In this document: positions 7,859-16,392 of the stretch, in pieces
How positions within the stretch are numbered: position 1 is the stretch's first letter
Layout of the letters: each line of letters opens with the position of its first letter
Virus record (IMG/VR): IMGVR_UViG_3300042997_000065
Span: 1-30,054 of that record
DNA length: 30,054 nt
From: a virus
Taxonomy: Duplodnaviria > Caudoviricetes
Reading direction: 5' to 3' (one strand)
Translations under genes and position numbers: made by a program
Notes under the pieces: generated by a model
Told to the model about the DNA's origin: nothing
The model's input: the letters and a program-made list of their open reading frames with translations, nothing else
Database searches by the model: none

Positions 7859-8472
7859 ATAATATAAAAATTGATTTTAAATATATAATAATCGCTGTAT
7901 TAGTATCAATTATACTGGTTATGAAGGCATGTGATAACCATATAGAAACTATAGATGAACCTATAGTACTCACTAAATATGATACTGTTTGGAAACATAC
8001 ACACGATACTATAATTAAAAAAGTAAATGTTGTAAAAATTATCCATCCTAAAGAACCAGTATTCTTACCGGGAGATAATATAGATACTTGCAAGTCAAGA
8101 TTTAATGAATTAGCTAAAGAGTATACAGCAAAATTAGTTTACTGTGATACAATTAAATTAGATAGCATAGGAATTATAACAGTGGTTGACACAGTTAGTT
8201 ATAATAAAATTAAAGATAGAAAGTACATAAGAAATTACAAAATACCTCTTGTTACCAAGACAACTACAATTATTAAACCGACTGATCCTAAAAGACAATT
8301 GTATTTTGGTGGTAATTTATTTGGAAACAATAGAAATCTACAATCTATATCACCAGGAATTATTTATAAAGATAAGAAAGATAGAATTTTTCAAGCCAAT
8401 GTTGGTTTGAATTTTGATGGACAGATTATATATGGAATAGGTACATATTGGAAAATAAAGTTTAAAAAATAA
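7855..8472 (+). CDS. putative spanin-like envelope protein
   Basis: N-terminal TM/signal ending in MKAC, DT-rich stalk and four amphipathic C-terminal beta strands. Adjacent to the endolysin. Confidence 0.5.
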   Translation: MNNIKIDFKYIIIAVLVSIILVMKACDNHIETIDEPIVLTKYDTVWKHTHDTIIKKVNVVKIIHPKEPVFLPGDNIDTCKSRFNELAKEYTAKLVYCDTIKLDSIGIITVVDTVSYNKIKDRKYIRNYKIPLVTKTTTIIKPTDPKRQLYFGGNLFGNNRNLQSISPGIIYKDKKDRIFQANVGLNFDGQIIYGIGTYWKIKFKK

Positions 8473-8478
8473 TAAATT

Positions 8479-8907
8479 ATGGTTACAAGTAAACAATGTT
8501 TAGAAAAGTGGGGTGATCCTACAACGCCTGAAGGAGAAAGCAATTATATGACTATGTGGGATGTTCCTTCTAATCTTGAGATTAGTGTAATACCTAAAAA
8601 ACTTTATTGTAATAAAGCAATGGTTGGCCCTTTAACCAAAGCGTTCACAAACCTTATTTCAACAGGATATATTAAAGAATTAAAGACTTGGGACGGATGT
8701 TTTAACGTTAGAAAAATGAGAGGACTAGGAGCACAATCATTACACTCTTGGGGTATAGCAGTAGACGTTAATGCAGCTTGGAATGGTCTTGGTCAAACTC
8801 CAAAACTAACTCCTGAATTTGTAAAATGTTTTACAGACGCTGGGTTTGATTGGGGTGGTTTATGGTCACGTAAAGATGGTATGCACTTTCAATTAAATAA
8901 AATATAA
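8479..8907 (+). CDS. endolysin, peptidase M15 family
   Basis: R...SLHSWGIAVD and WGGLW...DGMHFQ Zn-binding motifs. Confidence 0.9.
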   Translation: MVTSKQCLEKWGDPTTPEGESNYMTMWDVPSNLEISVIPKKLYCNKAMVGPLTKAFTNLISTGYIKELKTWDGCFNVRKMRGLGAQSLHSWGIAVDVNAAWNGLGQTPKLTPEFVKCFTDAGFDWGGLWSRKDGMHFQLNKI

Positions 8908-8908
8908 A

Positions 8909-9043
8909 ATGGCAAAATCTACAAACACAATTGCAAAAAAAGTTTCAAAAAGTATAAATAGACCAGGTATACATGCTAAATCTAAAACTTCTACTTTAAA
9001 AGCAAGTAAAAATTATAAAAAGTTATATAAAGGTCAAGGATAA
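8909..9043 (+). CDS. 44-aa highly basic peptide (RPGIHAKSK...KNYKKLYKGQG), not in ORF track
   Basis: ATG 8909 two bases after the endolysin stop, TAA 9041-9043. The Y-K/R-GQG ending resembles small aquatic-phage proteins. Confidence 0.75.
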   Translation: MAKSTNTIAKKVSKSINRPGIHAKSKTSTLKASKNYKKLYKGQG

Positions 9044-9101
9044 GTAAAAAAAGTCTAAAGCGAGTAATATATAAACTATATAAATTTAATCAAATAAAAT
9101 C

Positions 9102-10646
9102 ATGTCAGACGCTATAGTCAAGAATTTAAGTTTCGGCAAAGAAGCAAGTAATAAAGTATTTGCTGGTATAGAGAAGTTATCAAAAGCGGTAAGTTCAACA
9201 TTAGGAGCAAGTGGTAAATGTGTTCTGTTAGAAGATTCTACAGGTAAACCAGTAATCACAAAAGACGGTGTAACAGTTGCTGATTCAATTATATTGTTAG
9301 ATCCTGTAGAAAATATGGGTGCAACATTACTAAAAGAAGCAGCTAGAAAAACCGTTAGAGAAGCAGGAGACGGTACAACTACAGCCACTGTTTTAGCACA
9401 CGCTATATTACAGAATGCTTATAAAGTTGAAAATCCTGATACAAGAAAAATAAAAGAAGGTATTAACAAGGCTGTAGATAATGTTGTAAAATACTTAGAA
9501 GATATGTCTGTTATTGTAGATGACAATATGTTAGATCATATTGCTACTATATCTACTAACAATGATCCAGAACTTGGTAAACTAGTTGGTGATGCTTTTA
9601 GAGCTGTTGGTAATACTGGCATTGTAATGATGGAAACTTCATCAGATGCGGAATGTAGTTTACAATTGGTTGAAGGAGTGCAATGCTCAATGGGTTTAAC
9701 AAACTCGCACTTTGTTACTAACCATAAGAATAAGACCTCAGAACTTGATAATCCTTTAGTATTATTAGTTGAGTCGCCAATTGAAAATGTACGGCAAATA
9801 CAGAAAGTATTAGAATATGTTATAAAGAATAATAGATCTTTATTGATTATTGCCGATATGGAACAAATAGTATTATCTACATTGGCAATGAATAAGTCAA
9901 AAGGTAATATAAAAGTTAATGTTATTAATGCACCAACGTATGGTATTAATAGAAAAGAAATCTTTGATGATCTTGCGCTATTAACTGGGGCTACATTAAT
10001 AAATGAGGATCTTGGTGATGATTTAGATCTTATAGATCCTATGATGCTTGGAACATGTTTTAAAAGCGTAACAAACCACGAAGAAACCATATTGCATGTC
10101 GGTGAAGCAAATGAAGAGGTATTAGATATAATTAATGATATTAAGAAATCATTATTAGAAAAGAATAATAGTGGCACTACTATAAAACTAGAAAAAAGAT
10201 TAGCTAGATTAACAGCAAAAATATCTGTAGTTAAAGTAGGTGCTAATTCAGAAATAGAATTAAAAGAAAAAGCAGATAGAATTGAAGATGCCATTTGCGC
10301 AACCAAGGCAGCGATTAAAGAAGGTATTGTACCAGGAGGAGGAATTGCTTTATTAAATGCTTCTCACAATATAGATACCTTCTCACTTGGAGAAGAAATA
10401 TTGCTAGATTCTATTAGAGCGCCATTTAAAACTATATTAGACAATGCTGGAATAGAAGAGGTTCCGATGAAAGTTATATCAAGCATTGGGTATGGTCTTA
10501 ATGTTATTACTGGTGAAACAGTAGATATGATTAAGGCGGGAATTATTGATCCATTGCTTGTTACAAAGAGCGCCTTAAAAAACGCTGCTTCTGTTGCTAC
10601 AACAATACTTTCAACTGACTGTATAATTAATAACTTAAGAGCATAA
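9102..10646 (+). CDS. groEL: chaperonin GroEL (phage-encoded)
   Basis: ITKDGVTVA, AGDGTTTATVLA, EDAICATKAA and GIVPGGG motifs. No GGM tail. Confidence 0.97.
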   Translation: MSDAIVKNLSFGKEASNKVFAGIEKLSKAVSSTLGASGKCVLLEDSTGKPVITKDGVTVADSIILLDPVENMGATLLKEAARKTVREAGDGTTTATVLAHAILQNAYKVENPDTRKIKEGINKAVDNVVKYLEDMSVIVDDNMLDHIATISTNNDPELGKLVGDAFRAVGNTGIVMMETSSDAECSLQLVEGVQCSMGLTNSHFVTNHKNKTSELDNPLVLLVESPIENVRQIQKVLEYVIKNNRSLLIIADMEQIVLSTLAMNKSKGNIKVNVINAPTYGINRKEIFDDLALLTGATLINEDLGDDLDLIDPMMLGTCFKSVTNHEETILHVGEANEEVLDIINDIKKSLLEKNNSGTTIKLEKRLARLTAKISVVKVGANSEIELKEKADRIEDAICATKAAIKEGIVPGGGIALLNASHNIDTFSLGEEILLDSIRAPFKTILDNAGIEEVPMKVISSIGYGLNVITGETVDMIKAGIIDPLLVTKSALKNAASVATTILSTDCIINNLRA

Positions 10647-10906
10647 TGAAAGCAATAGGTAAGTGTTTAATTATAGAAAAAGTAAAAGAAGGTACAACCA
10701 AAACTAAGGGTGGTTTAATGCTAGCTGAGAACCAAAGAGAAGATATTAGATATATAGAAGCTAAGGTATTATCTATTGGAGAAGAAGTGGTTGGGGTTAA
10801 AGAAGGCGATATGATATTTTACGATAGGCACGCTGGTCATAAAATTGAAATAGAAAAAGATACATATCATGTTATACGTTTAGGCGATGTAGTTGTTGTA
10901 TTATAA
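10646..10906 (+). CDS. groES: co-chaperonin GroES
   Basis: Mobile loop TTKTKGGLML, VKEGDMIFY and terminal DVVVVL. TAATG coupling to groEL. Confidence 0.92.
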   Translation: MKAIGKCLIIEKVKEGTTKTKGGLMLAENQREDIRYIEAKVLSIGEEVVGVKEGDMIFYDRHAGHKIEIEKDTYHVIRLGDVVVVL

Positions 10907-11358
10907 TGAGACTAGAAGCTTCAGATATTAAAGACATTGGGCTATTAAAGCATTATAGAATAATTAGAAGATGGGCTTGTAGAAATAATGATTTAACGGA
11001 TTCTGATTTAGAACTCCTTATTTATTTTGATTGTTTAGACTTTTTTTCAAAACATGATTATGAAATAGGTACTTATGCATATAGTTGGGACAACAAACGC
11101 TGGAACAAGTTATTAAAAGAGGGTTGGATTGTGGTTTGGAGAAATAGAAACCACACAACTCAAAAATATAATATATATAAAGTTTCATTTAAGTGCAAAC
11201 AACTAATAAGCAGAATGTACCGTATAATGCTTGGTAAAGAAGATATACCAACAAGTTATAGGAATACAATGACAACAAGTAAACGATATTCTGATATTGT
11301 TGGATTAACCGCTATAGAACATGTAAATAACGATAAAACAAGAAATAAAAATGATTAA
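10906..11358 (+). CDS. hypothetical protein, possible MarR-like winged helix
   Basis: DLTDSDLELLIYF...KLLKEGWI...YKVSFKCKQLI pattern. Confidence 0.5.
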   Translation: MRLEASDIKDIGLLKHYRIIRRWACRNNDLTDSDLELLIYFDCLDFFSKHDYEIGTYAYSWDNKRWNKLLKEGWIVVWRNRNHTTQKYNIYKVSFKCKQLISRMYRIMLGKEDIPTSYRNTMTTSKRYSDIVGLTAIEHVNNDKTRNKND

Positions 11359-11608
11359 CAATCAAATAACCCCTACGCCTATTAGTCCAAAAGCTATGTC
11401 AAACCAAAACACCATTAAAAATATATTTGGCCAATCAATGCCTGGCACTTTCAATAGGAATTTAGATCCAAGTCAAAATTCGGTACCCACTGATCCATTG
11501 ACTGGTCAAATTATAGATCCAACTGCAAGTCAAAGTATTGATATGCCGGTTCCACCACCTACTGGAGTTCAAACACCTATAACTCCGGCATACGGAATAA
11601 ATAATTAA
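11351..11608 (+). CDS. Pro/Gln/Thr-rich small hypothetical protein
   Basis: ORF tightly packed in the operon. Confidence 0.7.
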   Translation: MINNQITPTPISPKAMSNQNTIKNIFGQSMPGTFNRNLDPSQNSVPTDPLTGQIIDPTASQSIDMPVPPPTGVQTPITPAYGINN

Positions 11609-11612
11609 CATT

Positions 11613-11831
11613 ATGAATTTAAACATTAAAAAACATCCAATGAATATTTACGATAAAGAAGCAGCTTTATCTGGAGTTGGTGCTAATGCTTTATGGAACG
11701 GCCCGTTTAATACTACTGGCTTTCCAAAAGGTAAAGGCTCAAGTAACGGAAAGAACGGCATTATATTAAATAATGATAAACCATCTTACAATGGATCTCC
11801 TATAACGCAAAGAGCTAAAAATAAATTTTAA
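11613..11831 (+). CDS. small hypothetical protein
   Basis: ORF in operon with A-rich start context. Confidence 0.75.
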   Translation: MNLNIKKHPMNIYDKEAALSGVGANALWNGPFNTTGFPKGKGSSNGKNGIILNNDKPSYNGSPITQRAKNKF

Positions 11832-11841
11832 AACAAATACA

Positions 11842-12156
11842 ATGCCGGATCCTAAAAAGAAAAAATTACCCGTTAAAGAAAAACCGCATCAAACAAGCGA
11901 CATGATTGGTTTGCCTCCAGAAGTTATTAAACAACAAAAGCAAACAATGAAAGAAGCTTCTAGCGGCCCTAGATATAAAGAAACAAGAAGAGGTACATAT
12001 ATCTCAAGTTCAACCCCCTTAAAACAAGAAAAAATGAAAGCTACAACAAGCAAAATGAAAAGCGCAGGAGCAAAACCTAAAATGAGTTCAGCAACCATGC
12101 CTAAAAAACCAATGGCAGGTAAAAAAATGAGTCCGGCTAAAATGAAAAACTGTTAA
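11842..12156 (+). CDS. Lys/Met-rich low-complexity basic protein
   Basis: MPDPKKKK start with TPLKQ and SPAKM motifs. Confidence 0.75.
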   Translation: MPDPKKKKLPVKEKPHQTSDMIGLPPEVIKQQKQTMKEASSGPRYKETRRGTYISSSTPLKQEKMKATTSKMKSAGAKPKMSSATMPKKPMAGKKMSPAKMKNC

Positions 12157-12187
12157 TAAATAAACCTAAATAACTAAAACAAAAACA

Positions 12188-12460
12188 ATGGCAAAGTACA
12201 TTCAAATTCCAACTACAGTAGCTGGATCTCCAAACATTTTATTTAACACAGATATGGTTAGTTCTGTTCTTTACTTGACAGCTACCACTTTCGCTGTGTA
12301 TGCTGAATCAAAATCATTCACATTTACAACTAGTGCCGCTGGTGCTGCTGGAACTGTTGCAGCTATTTACAAAGCTATGTTAGCTGTTAACGGACCTGTT
12401 CTTAAAGACGTAGAACTACCTACCGGAGTTACTATTGCGGCTTTACCTGTAGTAGCATAA
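12188..12460 (+). CDS. small Ala/Thr/Val-rich protein, possible abundant virion protein
   Basis: Capsid-gene-like codons (TTC, TAC, AAC, GCT), followed by a terminator hairpin. Confidence 0.7.
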   Translation: MAKYIQIPTTVAGSPNILFNTDMVSSVLYLTATTFAVYAESKSFTFTTSAAGAAGTVAAIYKAMLAVNGPVLKDVELPTGVTIAALPVVA

Positions 12461-12474
12461 TAATTAATTATTAT

Positions 12475-12505
12475 TCCCCTATAGAGTAATTTATAGGGGA
12501 TTTAA
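12475..12505 (+). terminator. intrinsic terminator-like hairpin
   Basis: TCCCCTATA-N8-TATAGGGGA followed by TTTAA. Confidence 0.7.
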
Positions 12506-12524
12506 TAATATTAAAAACAAAAGT

Positions 12525-12854
12525 ATGGCATTTAAAATGACTGGTCCGCCTTATGATATTGACAATACTCCTATCTATAGTACAGATATGGATGATAATA
12601 TTCTTGGTATGGCACAGTCAAATGGGTCTATACTAATAAATAAAAACGCTTCTCCTTTAGAAGTAAAGAAAAGCAAAACTGTAGAACACGAGAAAGTACA
12701 CATCGATCAAATGAAACGAGGTGACTTAAATTACACAGATTCTCACGTTATATGGAAAAACAAGAAGTATTCACGTAATACTATGAAAGAGGGGTCTAAA
12801 AGTTTGCCTTGGGAAAAAGAAGCTTATAAAAAACAAAACAAAAAAAACAATTAA
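12525..12854 (+). CDS. small zinc metallopeptidase (HEXXH)
   Basis: ILGMA..GSILIN...HEKVHIDQ...PWEKEAY, a minimal zincin pattern. Confidence 0.8.
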   Translation: MAFKMTGPPYDIDNTPIYSTDMDDNILGMAQSNGSILINKNASPLEVKKSKTVEHEKVHIDQMKRGDLNYTDSHVIWKNKKYSRNTMKEGSKSLPWEKEAYKKQNKKNN

Positions 12855-13118
12855 ATGGAATCTACAAACAAAATTAAACAAGAACAATTAGAGACTATTA
12901 GAACTCAGCAAAGAGAACTTAACACTACGTTAACTAACATCGGAGTTTTGGAATCACAAAAGCATAGTCTATTACACGAGTTAGCAAACTTAAATAAATC
13001 TATTGATGAATTTAAGTCTGAACTTTTTACTGAATACGGCAATGTTAATATCAACATAGAAGACGGTTCTTATACAGAAATGGAAACAAAATCAGAACCA
13101 GAAACAACAGAGGAATAA
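12855..13118 (+). CDS. coiled-coil hypothetical protein
   Basis: Heptad repeats then ELFTEYGNVNINIEDG. Confidence 0.75.
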   Translation: MESTNKIKQEQLETIRTQQRELNTTLTNIGVLESQKHSLLHELANLNKSIDEFKSELFTEYGNVNINIEDGSYTEMETKSEPETTEE

Positions 13119-13345
13119 TGGACTCTGTAATTAGAAAGATAAGTATAGGGTCTGATTATAAAAATGAAGCAATGCATTATTCATTGGGTCAACAAGTATA
13201 TGGTGGTCACGAGATAACTCACATCCTATTAGATCCAGCGGATTGCTCCTACTATATTTATATAAAGAAGAATGACGAAGTAATGCCGTGGAAGAAGTTT
13301 AATTCTAACATGGCTATCTCCGTTGAATATGATTTAGAATATTAA
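13118..13345 (+). CDS. hypothetical protein
   Basis: TAATG coupling on both sides. Confidence 0.8.
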   Translation: MDSVIRKISIGSDYKNEAMHYSLGQQVYGGHEITHILLDPADCSYYIYIKKNDEVMPWKKFNSNMAISVEYDLEY

Positions 13346-13953
13346 TGAAAAGTATATTTAGTTTTATTGTTAAACCCGTTGGAGAACGATATAACAATAA
13401 AGTGAAAGTCGGAGATAAAGAACTTATACTAAATACCAGAATAGAAAGCTTTAAATCAGTTAATAATATAGCTGAGGTAGTTTCAGTACCATTAGCTTAT
13501 TCAACAGTTATAAAAGAAGGTGATCTAGTTGTAATACATCACAATGTATTTAGAAGGTTCTACGATATAAAAGGCAAGCAGAAGGATAGTAGATCATATT
13601 TTATGGACGATTTATATTTTTGTGATATAGATCAAATATATTTATACAAACACAACGCTGAGTGGAAATCATTTGGCAATAGATGTTTTATAAATCCAAT
13701 AAAAAATATAGATCATTTAAAGTTAGATAAAGAGCAAAGCCTTATTGGTATATTAAAATACGGAAATAGTTCCTTAGAAGCGCTTAAAATAAACGAGGGA
13801 GACCTTGTTGGTTATACTCCTGGTGGAGAATTTGACTTTATTATAGATGGTCAACGTCTTTATTGTATGAAATCTAATGATATTGTAATTAAATATGAAT
13901 ATAAAGGAAACGAAGCAGAATATAATACTAGCTGGGCACAAAGCGGTACTTGA
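13345..13953 (+). CDS. tandem GroES-like domain protein
   Basis: Two units: FIVKP...AEVVSVP...IKEGDLVVI and NRCFINPI...GILKYG...INEGDLVGY...IDGQRLYCMKSNDIV. Confidence 0.7.
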   Translation: MKSIFSFIVKPVGERYNNKVKVGDKELILNTRIESFKSVNNIAEVVSVPLAYSTVIKEGDLVVIHHNVFRRFYDIKGKQKDSRSYFMDDLYFCDIDQIYLYKHNAEWKSFGNRCFINPIKNIDHLKLDKEQSLIGILKYGNSSLEALKINEGDLVGYTPGGEFDFIIDGQRLYCMKSNDIVIKYEYKGNEAEYNTSWAQSGT

Positions 13954-14170
13954 GTTGATTAAGGTTGCTGAAGAAGCAATTCTAGACAACGGTGAAGATG
14001 ATTTAAGTGCCGACAAATTAAAGAATGCTGCAGCTACTAAAAAGTTAGCAATATTTGATGCGTTTGAGATTTTAAGCAGAATACAAGAGGAAGAAAAACT
14101 TTTAGTTGAAGGCGAGAAAGAAATAGAAGCAAAAGTATTTAAAGGGTTTGCAGAAGGGAGGTCTAAATAA
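13895..14170 (+). CDS. putative terminase small subunit
   Basis: Helical 91-aa protein translationally coupled to TerL, overlapping the upstream gene by 59 nt. Function inferred from position. Confidence 0.5.
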   Translation: MNIKETKQNIILAGHKAVLELIKVAEEAILDNGEDDLSADKLKNAAATKKLAIFDAFEILSRIQEEEKLLVEGEKEIEAKVFKGFAEGRSK

Positions 14171-16392
14171 TGTACGAACAAACTTTGTATAATATTGTAC
14201 CTAACTATGTAAAGTCTAGCGTTATAAAGCAAAACAACAGATTAAAAAAATGGAAGTATGGGTATAATAAGGACCATGATATGGTTATTATTAGCAAGAC
14301 TGGAAAGATTGGCGAGATCATTGAAATCCAAAATCTAAAAATAGCTTTACCATTAATAGAAAATGTTTATTCAAGATCTAAGAATAAAGAGGAGCAATAC
14401 TGGGCTCAAATGGAATTTCCTAAGGAACTAAGTAAAATTAAAAGCACATTTGATTGGGATAAACAAACAGATGCGTTTAAAGATAGATGGTATGATTACA
14501 TTGACAATGAGTTTAAATACCGCGAAGAGGGATTAGCTTTTTATAACAATGGCATACCAACATATATAACAGGCACTCACTATATGTACTTGCAATGGAG
14601 CAAGATAGATGTTGGCGCACCAGATTTTAGAGAATCAAACAGACTGTTTTTTATATTCTGGGAAGCCTGTAAAGCTGATCAAAGATGTTATGGAATGTGC
14701 TATTTAAAGAATAGACGTTCTGGATTTTCCTTTATGTCTTCTGCAGAATTAGTTAACCAAGCCACTATATCAAGTGATTCAAGATTTGGTATATTGTCAA
14801 AAGCTGGGGCTGATGCAAAAACAATGTTTACCGACAAAGTTGTTCCTATCTCATTAAACTATCCTTTCTTTTTTAAACCTATCCAAGATGGTATGGATAG
14901 ACCAAAAACAGAGTTGGCATATAGAGTACCGGCTTCAAAGTTTACAAGAAAAAAATTAGATAGTAAAGAGAACCAAGGTGAACTTGAAGGACTTGATACA
15001 ACAATTGACTGGAAGAATACTGGAGATAACTCTTATGATGGTGAAAAGCTAAAACTTTTAGTACATGATGAGAGTGGTAAGTGGTTAAAGCCAGATAATA
15101 TTTTAAACAACTGGAGAGTTACTAAAACTTGTTTAAGATTGGGTAGTCGGATTATTGGTAAGTGTATGATGGGATCAACATCGAATGCTTTAGATAAGGG
15201 AGGTGAAAACTTTAAAAAACTATACTACAATTCCGATGTCACAAAAAGAAACCGCAATGGACAGACTAGTTCAGGATTATATAGTTTGTTCATACCTATG
15301 GAATGGTCGTACGAGGGATTCATTGATACTTATGGGATACCTGTGTTCGATACTCCAAAAAAACCCATTAAAGGTGTAGATGGTAATGAAATTGAATATG
15401 GTGTTATAGAGCATTGGCAGAACGAAGTTGATGGTTTAAAAACAGACCAAGACGGTCTTAATGAATATTATAGACAGTTTCCAAGAACTGAACAACACGC
15501 TTTTAGAGATGAAACAAAACAATCATTATTTAATCTTACTAGAATATACGAGCAGATAGATTATAATGAAGATTTAAGAAACAATGATATTGTAACACGT
15601 GGAAGTTTTCAATGGGAGAACGGTATACCAGACACTAAAGTTGTATTCTATCCAAATAAAGACGGTAGATTTCTTATTTCATGGGTTCCACCTATTCAAT
15701 TACAGAATAATGTAATGATTAAAAATGGGTTGAAATATCCGGGTAATGCACACTGCGGAGCCTTTGGATGTGACCCTTACGATATATCAGGAGCAGTCGG
15801 TGGCGGCGGATCAAATGGTGCATTGAGTGGATTAACTAAATTTTCTATGGATGATGTTCCTCCTAATAGATTCTTTTTAGAATATATAGCTAGACCGCAG
15901 ACAGCTGAGATATTTTTTGAGGAGGTATTAATGGCATGTGTATTTTACGGTATGCCTATACTTGCGGAGAATAACAAACCTAGATTACTGTTTCATTTTA
16001 AAAGGAGAGGATATAGAGGTTACTCTATGAATAGACCGGATAAAGAATGGAATAAACTGTCTATAACAGAAAAAGATATTGGAGGAATACCAAATTCAAG
16101 TGAAGACATAAAGCAAGCACACGCGTCAGCAATTGAGTCTTATATAGAAGATTTTGTTGGATTAAGAGAAGATGGTTATGGCGATATGTATTTCAATAAG
16201 ACTTTAAATGACTGGGCTAGATTTAATATTAATGACAGAACAAAACATGATGCTTCGATAAGTTCTGGGTTAGCGATAATGGCATGTAATAAAAATAGAT
16301 ATGCTCCTTCTGCTCCATTGATTAGACAAGTTTATAATTTAGGAATTAAAAAATACGATAATACAGGTTCTTCATCAAAAATACATAATTAA
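14170..16392 (+). CDS. terL: terminase large subunit
   Basis: Walker A-like KNRRSGFS, Walker B LLVHDESGK, coupling motif GST, RNase H-like GCDPYD and KHDASISSG. Confidence 0.92.
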   Translation: MYEQTLYNIVPNYVKSSVIKQNNRLKKWKYGYNKDHDMVIISKTGKIGEIIEIQNLKIALPLIENVYSRSKNKEEQYWAQMEFPKELSKIKSTFDWDKQTDAFKDRWYDYIDNEFKYREEGLAFYNNGIPTYITGTHYMYLQWSKIDVGAPDFRESNRLFFIFWEACKADQRCYGMCYLKNRRSGFSFMSSAELVNQATISSDSRFGILSKAGADAKTMFTDKVVPISLNYPFFFKPIQDGMDRPKTELAYRVPASKFTRKKLDSKENQGELEGLDTTIDWKNTGDNSYDGEKLKLLVHDESGKWLKPDNILNNWRVTKTCLRLGSRIIGKCMMGSTSNALDKGGENFKKLYYNSDVTKRNRNGQTSSGLYSLFIPMEWSYEGFIDTYGIPVFDTPKKPIKGVDGNEIEYGVIEHWQNEVDGLKTDQDGLNEYYRQFPRTEQHAFRDETKQSLFNLTRIYEQIDYNEDLRNNDIVTRGSFQWENGIPDTKVVFYPNKDGRFLISWVPPIQLQNNVMIKNGLKYPGNAHCGAFGCDPYDISGAVGGGGSNGALSGLTKFSMDDVPPNRFFLEYIARPQTAEIFFEEVLMACVFYGMPILAENNKPRLLFHFKRRGYRGYSMNRPDKEWNKLSITEKDIGGIPNSSEDIKQAHASAIESYIEDFVGLREDGYGDMYFNKTLNDWARFNINDRTKHDASISSGLAIMACNKNRYAPSAPLIRQVYNLGIKKYDNTGSSSKIHN

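Noticed and set aside
9086-10306. Long antisense ORFs 9086..9388 and 9536..10306
   Set aside because: They lie opposite groEL and are codon-bias shadows with no recognisable protein features.
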